The position numbers and the translations under genes were made by a program. Below are positions 1 through 7,374 of a stretch of 16,521 nt of DNA, one piece after another. The stretch is taken from the IMG/VR virus record IMGVR_UViG_2740892014_000012; one strand, 5' to 3'. The stretch comes from a virus. Lineage: Duplodnaviria > Heunggongvirae > Uroviricota > Caudoviricetes. How positions within the stretch are numbered: the stretch's first letter is position 1; each line of letters begins with the position of its first letter. The notes under the pieces were generated by a model. That model had not been told where the DNA came from. It did not search any database and was given only the letters and a program-made list of their open reading frames with translations.

Positions 1-1143
1 CTATGCTGTTTTGATATCTACGATAATCCAGTCTTTACCACGATCATCATTGTATCGGTCGGTCATTTTTCTGGATTTATGGCCTAACAACTTTTGCGTA
101 TCCAGACCCTGTTCCCGATATAACCGTTCTGACAGAGATCGCTGCTCATGAAATGTGGGCGCAGTTCCTTGCTCCCATTTTATGCCACATTTTTCCCGGG
201 CCTTTTTAAAAGCCGTTGTCAGAGTATTTGCAGAAACCTGGTCTCCTCTGTTTGCTTGAGAGGTAGTGTGACGGTAATGGACCAGATATTTACTAACAAC
301 AGCATCCCTGCACTGAGATATAACTTCACGAAGGGTAATATTCAGAGCATCGCATTTCAGGTTAAGCGGAATAGCAAGTTTTGAACCGGTTTTTTCCTGA
401 GTAATGTGCAACATGTCGTCCCATATATCAGAGAATTTCAAATTGCAGATATCGCCTAAACGTTGTCCAGTAACAAGAGCAAGTAGCATGCCGCATTTTA
501 AATAGGGCTGCCGTCTGCTTACGCTGTCAAATATTGCCTGCCATTCGGGCAGTGACAATCTTTGGCGGTTTACTCGATTTCGCGGTTGTTTTGTTGCCTG
601 CGCTGGGTTAAATCCTGGCGGAACATGTCCTGCGTGTTGTGCTTCTTTGAAGACGTCGATCAACACCATTCTCACGACTTGCGCCATCCTGTTATGACCT
701 TCAGCCTTTACAGCATCAATTATTTCGGCAATATCAAGTGCGGTAATATCCTTGAGGTGTTGCATTCCACAATGCTCACGGAAAAGACGAATGGGTTTGC
801 CTTTTTGCCGATAGGAGTTGGGTCTTAGTTCATTATGTTGCAGCCTGTCCTCTTGGATAGAAATATATTTATCAAGCCATTCTGTCACCGTAATGTCTGA
901 GCGCCTGCCTTTCATTCTTTCCAGACGCTCATTGACGCTTAATATTTGTCTGGTACGTTGTTCAGCAATAATGGTATTTGCTTCAGTAGCAACTTGTTTT
1001 GCTTCATTCTCATCAGTTCCTAAGCTATGAAAACGACCGGATAGTGGATGTTTGTATTGCCAATATACCTTTCCGGTTCGCTTATCTAATTTGCAATATA
1101 AATTGGGTATAGAGATTTTGTGAGATCGGGGTCTAGCAGCCAT
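1..1143 (-). CDS. int: Phage integrase, tyrosine recombinase of the lambda Int family (380 aa)
   Basis: ATG at 1143..1141, stop at 3..1. N-terminus (RSHKISIPNLYCK...RTGK) and C-terminus (FHEQRSLSERLY...LLGHKS...MTDRYNDDRGKDWIIVDIK) align with lambda Int as recalled, including the R/K/H-x-x-R/H/Y catalytic residues. Overlaps xis by 11 nt, as in lambda. Confidence 0.93.
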   Translation of the reverse strand: MAARPRSHKISIPNLYCKLDKRTGKVYWQYKHPLSGRFHSLGTDENEAKQVATEANTIIAEQRTRQILSVNERLERMKGRRSDITVTEWLDKYISIQEDRLQHNELRPNSYRQKGKPIRLFREHCGMQHLKDITALDIAEIIDAVKAEGHNRMAQVVRMVLIDVFKEAQHAGHVPPGFNPAQATKQPRNRVNRQRLSLPEWQAIFDSVSRRQPYLKCGMLLALVTGQRLGDICNLKFSDIWDDMLHITQEKTGSKLAIPLNLKCDALNITLREVISQCRDAVVSKYLVHYRHTTSQANRGDQVSANTLTTAFKKAREKCGIKWEQGTAPTFHEQRSLSERLYREQGLDTQKLLGHKSRKMTDRYNDDRGKDWIIVDIKTA

Positions 1144-1369
1144 CAGCGATTATCCTTTGGAGTTTTGGGTTTGCGTTTATTGGGAGTTGCGGTTCTGCAA
1201 GCGTTCCTACAAAACGGGAATTTCGGTCAATCATCCAGTAGCGACCAACTTTTATAGCGGGTGGGGCCATCATTTTCCCTTGCGCGTATTTTTTCAGAAC
1301 TCGCTCACTTGGTGCTAAGTCCCCAAATTCTTCTTTAGCCCAGTCCTGTAAAGTGATTAGTCGAGACAT
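1133..1369 (-). CDS. xis: Excisionase (Xis-like, 78 aa)
   Basis: Lies immediately upstream of and overlapping int. ITLQDWA and PPAIKVGRYWMIDRNS resemble lambda Xis LTLQEWN and PPPVKDGREYLFHES. Strong SD (AGGAGG) a few nt upstream of the ATG. Confidence 0.82.
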   Translation of the reverse strand: MSRLITLQDWAKEEFGDLAPSERVLKKYAQGKMMAPPAIKVGRYWMIDRNSRFVGTLAEPQLPINANPKLQRIIADGC

Positions 1370-1508
1370 TTGTCCTCCTCTTAGCTGCTGAGGGAGTTTG
1401 TGACCGATATATCTGACATGATATTAAGCTCATGGCAGGTACATCTCTTGACTGGTCATAGAGATAAATTTAATGCTGAGAAATGCAGTATTGAATTTAT
1501 CAATTTTT

Positions 1509-1748
1509 CTATTTCCTGCGCATGTCACGTAACTTCTTAATGTGTTCTGCCGTTTCGATCTCTTCTGCTATCCGATCTGCATCAGCTTTATTCACAGGTT
1601 CAAAGTCATGATTAAAGCGGAACATGCTGGCGATACATGTTCTGCCTTTTCGGATGTAGTGAACTTTGTTGTGGGTAGAACGCAGGATTTTGCAGGGAGT
1701 GCCGTGGTGGTCGACGTACCAGGTGTTAGGGTCAATCACTCTGAACAT
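1509..1748 (-). CDS. Hypothetical small phage protein (79 aa)
   Basis: ORF with an AAGG SD-like motif about 7 nt upstream of the ATG; overlaps the upstream gene's stop by 17 nt, consistent with operon packing. No recognised motif. Confidence 0.5.
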   Translation of the reverse strand: MFRVIDPNTWYVDHHGTPCKILRSTHNKVHYIRKGRTCIASMFRFNHDFEPVNKADADRIAEEIETAEHIKKLRDMRRK

Positions 1749-2058
1749 TCTTGACCTTGTGTTGTGCGGATTGATATTCAGTGCTGATATTCACCTTTAT
1801 AGCGAACACCTTTACCGGTTTATCGCCAAAGTGCGGATGTGTGATTGTCTTCACTTCATATCCGTCATACGGAACATCAATTCTGCGACTGGAATCGTCG
1901 CGCTTCGGATATCCCTTTGTGATAATCAGGCGGTCATATTCCCGGAACATAATTCGCTTATTCCAGTAGTCATTACACAAGCGATACTCTTCCGTTTTCT
2001 CTCCGCGAATCATGGCATCGAAGTATTCACTTTTAACAGCAAGTTGCAGGTTAGCCAT
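1732..2058 (-). CDS. ASCH-domain protein (putative RNA-binding), about 108 aa
   Basis: Contains GEKTEEYR, an exact match to the ASCH signature GxKxxExR. The ORF track starts at a GTG (2061); the adjacent ATG at 2058..2056 overlaps the upstream gene's TGA in an ATGA arrangement, so 2058 is the more likely start. Confidence 0.55.
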   Translation of the reverse strand: MANLQLAVKSEYFDAMIRGEKTEEYRLCNDYWNKRIMFREYDRLIITKGYPKRDDSSRRIDVPYDGYEVKTITHPHFGDKPVKVFAIKVNISTEYQSAQHKVKNVQSD

Positions 2059-2279
2059 CACTTAATCCCCCTTTGTTTGCGGATAAGCTCCAGATCTTGC
2101 TGGCAACTGGCGCAAGTCCGACAACCCTGAACGGCCAGGCGTCTTCGTTCATCTATCGGATCGCCACACTCACAACAATGAGTGGCAGATACAGCCAGGT
2201 AGTTCAGGCGGCGCATTTTTATTGCTGTGTTGCGCTGTAATTCTTCTATTTCTGATGCTGAATCAATGATGTCTGCCAT
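2058..2279 (-). CDS. TraR/DksA-family C4 zinc-finger protein (73 aa)
   Basis: CECGDPIDERRRLAVQGCRTCASCQ resembles the F-plasmid TraR zinc finger (CEACGNPIPEARRKIFPGVTLCVECQ, from memory). Size is typical of phage TraR-like proteins. Confidence 0.72.
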   Translation of the reverse strand: MADIIDSASEIEELQRNTAIKMRRLNYLAVSATHCCECGDPIDERRRLAVQGCRTCASCQQDLELIRKQRGIK

Positions 2280-2331
2280 CTTTCATTAATCCCTGAACTG
2301 TTGGTTAATACGCTTGAGGGTGAATGCGAAC

Positions 2332-2356
2332 AATAAAAAAGGAGCCTGTAGCTCCC
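2332..2356 (-). terminator. Putative intrinsic terminator inside the leftward (pL) operon
   Basis: On the minus strand: a GGAGC/GCUCC stem with 5-nt loop followed by TTTTTTATTG, about 22 nt downstream of the stop of the 2378..2659 ORF. Confidence 0.5.
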
Positions 2357-2377
2357 TGATAATTTTGCTTTTCATGT

Positions 2378-2659
2378 TCATCGTTCCTTAAAGACGCCGT
2401 TTAACATGCCGATTGCCAGGCTTAAATGAGTCGGTGTGAATCCCTTCAGCGTTACCGTTTCGCGGTGCTTCTTCAGTACGCTACGGCAAATGTCATTGAC
2501 GTTTTTATCCGGAAACTGCTGTCTGACTTTTTTGATTTCAGAATTAGCCTGACGGGCAATGCTGCGAAGGGCATTTTCTTGCTGAGGTGTCACTGAACAA
2601 GCCCCATGTCGGCAAGCATAAGCACACAGAATATGAAGCCCGCTGCCAGAAAAATGCAT
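2378..2659 (-). CDS. Hypothetical small phage protein (93 aa from ATG; a GTG start giving about 70 aa is also possible)
   Basis: Minus-strand ORF in the accessory region between exo and xis. No SD before the ATG; GGGG lies 8 nt before an internal in-frame GTG. Confidence 0.45.
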   Translation of the reverse strand: MHFSGSGLHILCAYACRHGACSVTPQQENALRSIARQANSEIKKVRQQFPDKNVNDICRSVLKKHRETVTLKGFTPTHLSLAIGMLNGVFKER

Positions 2660-2669
2660 TCAGTGGTTG

Positions 2670-2861
2670 TCATACCTGGTCTCTCTCATCTGCTTCTGCT
2701 TTCGCCACCATCATTTCCAGCTTTTGTGAAAGGGATGTGGCTAACGTATGAAATTCTTCGTCTGTTTCTGCTGGTATTGGCACAAACCTGACTCCAATTT
2801 GAGCAAGGCTATGTGCCAAATCAATACTCGTTCTTAACTCAACAGGAGATGCTTTGTGCAT
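2670..2861 (-). CDS. Hypothetical small phage protein (63 aa)
   Basis: ORF with a GGGGGG SD-like motif 4 nt upstream of the ATG; same position and size class as the lambda orf60a/orf63/orf61 cluster downstream of exo. Confidence 0.5.
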   Translation of the reverse strand: MHKASPVELRTSIDLAHSLAQIGVRFVPIPAETDEEFHTLATSLSQKLEMMVAKAEADERDQV

Positions 2862-3022
2862 ACCGCCCCCCGTTTATTATTTATCTCCTCAGCCAGCCGC
2901 TGGGCTTTCAGCGGATTTCGGATAACAGAAAGACCGTGAAATACCCAGCCTCGCTTTGTAACGGAGTAGACGAAAGTGATCGCGCCTACCCGGATATTAT
3001 CGTGAGGATGGGTCATCGCCAT
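2834..3022 (-). CDS. Hypothetical small phage protein (62 aa)
   Basis: Start overlaps the 3' end of exo by 10 nt, as for the small ORF directly after exo in lambda. No motif recognised. Confidence 0.45.
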   Translation of the reverse strand: MAMTHPHDNIRVGAITFVYSVTKRGWVFHGLSVIRNPLKAQRLAEEINNKRGAVCTKHLLLS

Positions 3023-3693
3023 TGCTCTCCAAATACAAAACCAATTTCAGCCAGTGCTTCGTCCATTTTTTCGATGAACTCCGGCACCATCTCGTCAAAA
3101 CTCGCCATGTACTTTTCATCCCGCTCAACCACGACATAATGCAGGCCTTCACGCTTCATTCGTGGGTCATAGTTGGCAAAGTACCAGGCATCTTTTCGTG
3201 TCACCCACATGCTGTACTGCACCTGGGCCATGTAAGCCGACTTTATGGCCTCGAAACCACCGAGCCGGAACTTCATGAAATCCCGGGAGGTAAACGGGCA
3301 TTTCAGCTCAAGGCCATTGCCGTCACTGCATAAACCATCGGGAGAGCAGGCGGTGCGCATACTTTCGTCGCGATAGATGATCGGGGATTCAGTAACATTC
3401 ACGCCGGAAGTGAATTCAAACAGGGTTCTGGCGTCGTTCTCGTACTGTTTTCCCCACGCCAGCGCCTTAGCATTAACTTCCGGAGCCACACCGGTGCAAA
3501 CCTCAGCCAGCAGGGTGTGGAAGTAGGACATTTTCATGTCAGGCCACTTCTTTCCTGAGCGGGGCTTTGCTATCACGTTGTGAACTTCTGAAGCGGTGAT
3601 GACGCCGAGCCGTAATTTGTGCCATGCATCATCCCCCTGTTCGACAGCTCTCACGTCGATCCCGGTACGCTGCAGGATAATGTCCGGTGTCAT
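3013..3693 (-). CDS. exo: Lambda exonuclease (Red alpha), 226 aa
   Basis: Protein [40 protein letters not shown]...FVFGEQWR is near-identical to lambda Exo as recalled. ATGA start/stop overlap with bet. Confidence 0.97.
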   Translation of the reverse strand: MTPDIILQRTGIDVRAVEQGDDAWHKLRLGVITASEVHNVIAKPRSGKKWPDMKMSYFHTLLAEVCTGVAPEVNAKALAWGKQYENDARTLFEFTSGVNVTESPIIYRDESMRTACSPDGLCSDGNGLELKCPFTSRDFMKFRLGGFEAIKSAYMAQVQYSMWVTRKDAWYFANYDPRMKREGLHYVVVERDEKYMASFDEMVPEFIEKMDEALAEIGFVFGEQWR

Positions 3694-4475
3694 GCTGCCA
3701 CCTTCTGCTCAGTGGCTTTCTGTTTCAGGAATCCAAGAGCTTTCACTGCTTCGGCCTGTGTCAGTTCTGACGATGCGCGAATGTCGCGGCGAAATATCTG
3801 GGAACAGAGCGGCAATAAGTCGTCATCCCATGTTTTGTCCAGGGCAATCAGCAGAGTGTTAATCTCCTGCATGGTTTCATCGTTAACCGGAGTGATGTCG
3901 CGTTCCGGCTGACGTTCCGCAGTGTATGCAGTATTTTCGACAATGCGCTCGGCTTCATCCTTGTCATAGATACCAGCAAATCCGAAGGCCAGACGGGCAC
4001 ACTGAATCATGGCTTTATGCCGTAACATCCGTTTGGGATGCGACTGCCACGGCCCCGTGATTTCTCTGCCTTCGCGAGTTTTGAATGGTTCGCGGCGGCA
4101 TTCATCCATCCATTCGGTAACGCAGATCGGATGATTGCGGTCTTTGCGGTAAATCCGGCACGTACATGATTCATTGTCCTGCTCAAAGTCCATGCCATCA
4201 AACTGCTGGTTTTCATTGATGATGCGGGACCAGCCATCAACGCCCACCACCGGAACGATGCCGTTCTGCTTATCAGGGAAGGCGTAAATTTCTTTCGTCC
4301 ACGGATTAAGGCCGTACTGGTTGGCGACGATCAGCAATGCGATGAACTGCGCATCGCTGGCATCACCTTTAAATGCCGTCTGACGAAGAGTGGTGATCAG
4401 TTCCTGTGGGTCGACAGAATCCATGCCGACACGTTCAGCCAGCTTCCCAGCCAGCGTTGCGAGTGCTGTACTCAT
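3690..4475 (-). CDS. bet: Red beta single-strand annealing protein (Bet), 261 aa
   Basis: [59 protein letters not shown]... is near-identical to lambda Beta as recalled. Confidence 0.97.
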   Translation of the reverse strand: MSTALATLAGKLAERVGMDSVDPQELITTLRQTAFKGDASDAQFIALLIVANQYGLNPWTKEIYAFPDKQNGIVPVVGVDGWSRIINENQQFDGMDFEQDNESCTCRIYRKDRNHPICVTEWMDECRREPFKTREGREITGPWQSHPKRMLRHKAMIQCARLAFGFAGIYDKDEAERIVENTAYTAERQPERDITPVNDETMQEINTLLIALDKTWDDDLLPLCSQIFRRDIRASSELTQAEAVKALGFLKQKATEQKVAA

Positions 4476-4480
4476 CCGTT

Positions 4481-4777
4481 TTATACCTCTGAATCAATAT
4501 CAACATGGTGGTGAGCAATGGTTTCAACCATGTACCGGATGTGTTCTGCCATGCGCTCCTGAAACTCAACATCGTCATCAAACGCACGGGTAATGGCTTT
4601 TTTGCTGGCCCCGCAGCGTTGCAAATGATCGATGCAGAGTGATTCAAACAGGTGCTGTGGAAGACCTTTTTCCATGTCGTCTGCCAGTTCTGCCTCTTTC
4701 TCTTCACGGGCGATCTGCTGGTAGTGACGCGCCCAGCTTTGAGCCTCAAGACGATCCTGAATGTAATAAGCGTTCAT
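4481..4777 (-). CDS. gam: Gam, RecBCD inhibitor (GamS form, 98 aa)
   Basis: [54 protein letters not shown]... matches lambda GamS as recalled. Upstream in-frame sequence ...YFHSHFQEF resembles the long-Gam leader. Confidence 0.95.
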   Translation of the reverse strand: MNAYYIQDRLEAQSWARHYQQIAREEKEAELADDMEKGLPQHLFESLCIDHLQRCGASKKAITRAFDDDVEFQERMAEHIRYMVETIAHHHVDIDSEV

Positions 4778-4852
4778 GGCTGAACTCCTGAAAATGGCTG
4801 TGAAAATATCGCCTGCGAAATGCCGGGCTGATTAGGTAAACAGGAAAGGGGA

Positions 4853-5143
4853 TTAGTGATTCAGGCCGTTGCCGCGTCCGTCGAGAAAAACTTCCACGAG
4901 CAAATCACGGGTATAAGTGCGCTCGATGCCGCGATGCAGATAAAGCCGTCCGCGTAAATTAGCTGATGCAGTCCAGGTACCATCTTTGTGTTTGACCAGC
5001 ATTCCTGGCATGACCGCACCGCGATTAACGGTCTGCGTTCCGTAATGTTGATGAACCATAAAAACTCCTGCCCGTAAGCTGGGCTGCTGAACATATAGAG
5101 ACTTCTGCGCGTATTCAGGCGGTGGATGGCCGCCGGTTGTCAT
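4853..5143 (-). CDS. Hypothetical protein (96 aa), first ORF downstream of pL, in the kil/cIII position
   Basis: Codon composition looks coding in this frame. No similarity recognised to lambda N, cIII or Kil as recalled. An internal start (MVHQHY...) is possible. Function unknown. Confidence 0.45.
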   Translation of the reverse strand: MTTGGHPPPEYAQKSLYVQQPSLRAGVFMVHQHYGTQTVNRGAVMPGMLVKHKDGTWTASANLRGRLYLHRGIERTYTRDLLVEVFLDGRGNGLNH

Positions 5144-5334
5144 AACTAAGCCGCCTCGTTGAAGCGACTAAGGTATGAAATGTTGAGTTAATTTCAGCTG
5201 GTCACACCGACGTTCACGCGTCCGTTTCACCCCTCGCACTCCCCGAAGCCTGCTGAAATTCAAACTGCGGATCTAAGCGGTCATCGCAACGGTGAATCAG
5301 GTAGTTGCCGTATCGTTGTGTTGTTGCGATGAAC

Positions 5335-5415
5335 TTATTTAAAACTATAGTTGTTTTATCGTCAACAACAAAAGTTGTTTTATTGGTTGTTTTAGATATA
5401 ACTGGTTGTATTTAG
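5335..5415 (-). promoter_or_regulatory. pL-like promoter with OL operator cluster
   Basis: Minus strand reads GTTGTTGACGATAAAACAACTATAGTTTTAAAT: TTGACG, 17 nt, TTAAAT. This is nearly identical to the pR module on the other side of cI (GTTGTTGACTAAAAACAACCATAGTTTTAATC). Repeated GGTTGT(T/A) half-sites in both orientations at 5349..5413. Confidence 0.55.
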
Positions 5416-5505
5416 GATGGATTTATTTTGTGACTTGAATCGCATAGCGATAACTGAAGCGAGGTTATGGTGGTTTTTTTAACGGTGTGTGTGATGAGGG
5501 GAGGG

Positions 5506-5533
5506 CAAAAGAAAACCCGGCACGGTGACCGGG
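5506..5533 (-). terminator. Intrinsic terminator downstream of cI
   Basis: On the minus strand: CCCGG..CCGGG stem (5-bp GC stem, 8-nt loop) followed by TTTTCTTTTG, about 120 nt after the cI stop. Confidence 0.55.
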
Positions 5534-5654
5534 ATTCTTACGCCGTTAGGTAAAGATATTATTGCGGTGGCTTAATATTACTACCTAGAGCAAAGATAGG
5601 AATTAGTTCTTTACTGAATGAGCACAATGCCCAGTTGATAATTTTTAATTGGTA

Positions 5655-6344
5655 CTACCCATGCTTCCTATATGTCTGCGGCATGCTCCCAATAACCTTA
5701 CCGAAGATGAACACCCGGTTCATCTCGTCTTTCTCGATCGGGTCCCACGGTGAGTAGCTTTTGTTATCAGAGATGACCAGCAGCTTATCCTTCATCATTT
5801 GCAGGCGCTTTACATGGGCTGTGTCGTCGTACAGAAACGCATAGATACCATCACCGTCGAAAGATTTAACTGTGATATCAACGAACAGCAGATCACCTGG
5901 TTCGATCGTTCCTGACATGCTGTCACCACGCACGTTAATGATGCGGATATTTTCCGCCTTCCTACCATCGAACATGTGACGAGCATCGTCAAACGAGTAC
6001 TCAACCGAGCGTAGAACTTCTACAAACTCACGGTTGATGACTCCCGGCCCAGCACTGACTTCTATATCAAGAACGTCAATCTTGAAGTATTTGGAATGGC
6101 TGACAGTTGATTGTATTGGTTGCACTGTACTGTCTGACATATTTCCAACGCCAGAAGATAACCATTCTGCGCGCACACCCAAAGCGTTCGCGATCTCCAC
6201 GATTTTAGTTGTTTGATTAGCTTTCCCTGTTTCGATTTTCTGAATAGCAGCCTGGCTAACCCCGACCAAATCCCCAAGCGCCTTTTGTGTAAGGCCTCGC
6301 GCTAATCTGGCTTCTTTAAGTCTTTCTGAGAGTGTTGTTTTCAT
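5655..6344 (-). CDS. cI: cI-type prophage repressor with N-terminal HTH and C-terminal LexA-like S24 autopeptidase domain (229 aa from the proposed start)
   Basis: HTH LTQKALGDLVGVSQAAIQKIETGK; S24 motifs VRGDSMSGTIEPGDLLFVD (Ser) and HVKRL (Lys); candidate Ala-Gly cleavage site in VSAGPG. The ORF-track start at 6410 lies inside the operator/promoter; the ATG at 6344..6342 (MKTTLSERLKEA...) sits 6 nt after a TACATT -10-like hexamer, suggesting a leaderless pRM-type transcript. Confidence 0.85.
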   Translation of the reverse strand: MKTTLSERLKEARLARGLTQKALGDLVGVSQAAIQKIETGKANQTTKIVEIANALGVRAEWLSSGVGNMSDSTVQPIQSTVSHSKYFKIDVLDIEVSAGPGVINREFVEVLRSVEYSFDDARHMFDGRKAENIRIINVRGDSMSGTIEPGDLLFVDITVKSFDGDGIYAFLYDDTAHVKRLQMMKDKLLVISDNKSYSPWDPIEKDEMNRVFIFGKVIGSMPQTYRKHG

Positions 6345-6448
6345 AGTCCAAATGTACAACCAAGGTTTTATTCCATCAAACGAAAATGGTTGTTGACTAA
6401 AAACAACCATAGTTTTAATCTTGATTCAAATTAACCACGGAGGTTGTT
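6345..6448. promoter_or_regulatory. Divergent OR / pR / pRM region
   Basis: Perfect 9-bp inverted repeat ATGGTTGTT-N7-AACAACCAT (6386..6410) overlapping a TTGACT -35 (6393..6398), 17-nt spacer, TAATCT -10 (6416..6421). GGAGG SD at 6437..6441, 7 nt before the cro ATG. Additional GGTTGTA half-site at 6355..6361 (minus orientation). Confidence 0.6.
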
Positions 6449-6679
6449 ATGAACCCAGCTATCAAAACAGCGATCAATATCGTTGGTTCACAAAAGAAAC
6501 TGGGCGCTGCTTGCGAAGTTTCACAGCAGGCCGTCTATAAGTGGCTTCACAACAAAGCAAAGGTATCCCCTGAACATGTCGGCAGCATTGTTACGGCTAC
6601 TGGTGGAGTAGTGAAGGCATACCAGATTCGCCCGGATCTTCCGAAGTTGTTTCCACACACCGAAAAGAACGCAGCTTAA
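6449..6679 (+). CDS. cro: Cro-like HTH regulator (YdaS/Cro family), 76 aa
   Basis: First gene of the rightward operon, divergent from cI; HTH-like segment QKKLGAACEVSQQAVYKW; good RBS. Confidence 0.78.
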   Translation: MNPAIKTAINIVGSQKKLGAACEVSQQAVYKWLHNKAKVSPEHVGSIVTATGGVVKAYQIRPDLPKLFPHTEKNAA

Positions 6680-6691
6680 ATTTCCATTTCA

Positions 6692-6704
6692 CGCTCTTTA
6701 ACAA
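6692..6704 (+). promoter_or_regulatory. boxA-like element (CGCTCTTTAACAA) in nutR position
   Basis: Matches the boxA consensus (rrn/phage CGCTCTTTAACAA) 13 nt downstream of the cro stop. No convincing boxB hairpin follows. Confidence 0.45.
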
Positions 6705-6748
6705 TAAGCAATCAACTTAACAGTCAATTCAAACTAAAGGAGTCAATT

Positions 6749-7288
6749 ATGCAACCACTTACATACCAACAGACTAGCGGATTTAGCCCGACTGCGGTGA
6801 TAAATCGTTCTCAAACAAAACAGGTGCCAGGCCACGAAAAAATCCGTGATGCCGTCCGCGCCTGGTCGGCTGTAGATAATCAGGATGTCGTTGCCACACT
6901 CATTGTGAATGAGTATCTGGAGCAGGGCGGCGGCACCATCGATTTCCCTGATGATGTCAGCCGTGCACGCCAGAAGCTGTTCCGCTTCCTCGATAACAAA
7001 TTCGATTCTGAAAAATACCGAAATAACGTGCGTGAACTGACCCCGGCAATTCTGGCGGTACTACCGCTGGAATATCGCGGTTACCTGGTTGAGCAGGATA
7101 GCTTCATGGCTAGGTTGGCTGAAATGGAAAAGGAACTCAGTGAGGCAAAACAGGCTGTCATTCTCAACGCACCACGCCACCAGAAACTGAAGGAAATTAG
7201 TGAAGGTATTGTGTCGATGTTTCGTGTGGACCCAGATCTGGCTGGTCCATTGATGGCGATGGTTACTACCATGCTGGGGGCGATATGA
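6749..7288 (+). CDS. YdaT-family protein in the cII position (putative CII-equivalent regulator), 179 aa
   Basis: Position immediately after cro; motifs NEYLEQGGG and LTPAILAVLPLEYRGYL resemble YdaT-family proteins as recalled; AAAGGAG RBS 6 nt upstream. Family assignment is from memory, not from a search. Confidence 0.55.
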   Translation: MQPLTYQQTSGFSPTAVINRSQTKQVPGHEKIRDAVRAWSAVDNQDVVATLIVNEYLEQGGGTIDFPDDVSRARQKLFRFLDNKFDSEKYRNNVRELTPAILAVLPLEYRGYLVEQDSFMARLAEMEKELSEAKQAVILNAPRHQKLKEISEGIVSMFRVDPDLAGPLMAMVTTMLGAI

Positions 7289-7374
7289 CAGGTTCAGAAA
7301 TGGCGAAAGCCGGTCTGCTGGAACAGAACCGACTTTCAGGTGCAAATCGTAACACACTCATTGCGGGAGGAATT

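Noticed and set aside
1-60. Phage attachment site (attL/attP core)
   Set aside because: The integrase stop codon is at the window's first bases, so the att site expected beyond int lies outside the window and cannot be assessed.
148-1030. Plus-strand ORFs 148..384, 562..828 and 818..1030
   Set aside because: They lie fully antisense within the well-supported integrase gene and have no RBS or recognisable motifs; treated as spurious.
1542-2130. Plus-strand ORFs 1542..1754, 1666..2130 and 1781..1969
   Set aside because: Antisense to the tightly packed minus-strand accessory genes; Cys/Phe-rich low-complexity translations typical of non-coding frames.
3022-4593. Plus- and minus-strand ORFs overlapping exo and bet (3022..3333, 3596..3862, 3619..3912, 4007..4240, 4390..4593, 4435..4749)
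   Set aside because: They overlap the lambda Red genes, whose frames are unambiguous; alternative frames only.
4861-5094. Alternate-frame 77-aa ORF overlapping the 96-aa ORF
   Set aside because: Same strand, different frame; the Cys/Ile-rich translation looks less protein-like than the 96-aa frame. Kept as a caveat in the findings.
5144-5335. Search for a cIII- or N-like small ORF in the pL leader
   Set aside because: Manual translation of all three minus-strand frames showed only a 3-codon ATG ORF and a GTG ORF of about 24 codons without an SD; no match to cIII or N as recalled.
5440-5480. GGTGGTTTTTTT on the plus strand as a rho-independent terminator
   Set aside because: No GC-rich stem precedes the T-run (only 3 to 5-bp AT-rich pairings), and there is no upstream plus-strand gene to terminate.
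5810-6277. ORFs 5810..6004, 6034..6216 and 6062..6277 inside cI
   Set aside because: Alternative frames or antisense within the repressor gene.
6345-6410. N-terminal extension of the cI ORF (start at 6410, MVVFSQQPFSFDGIKPWLYIWT)
   Set aside because: The extension runs through the OR operator and pR -35; the ATG at 6344 gives a typical repressor N-terminus and fits a leaderless pRM transcript.
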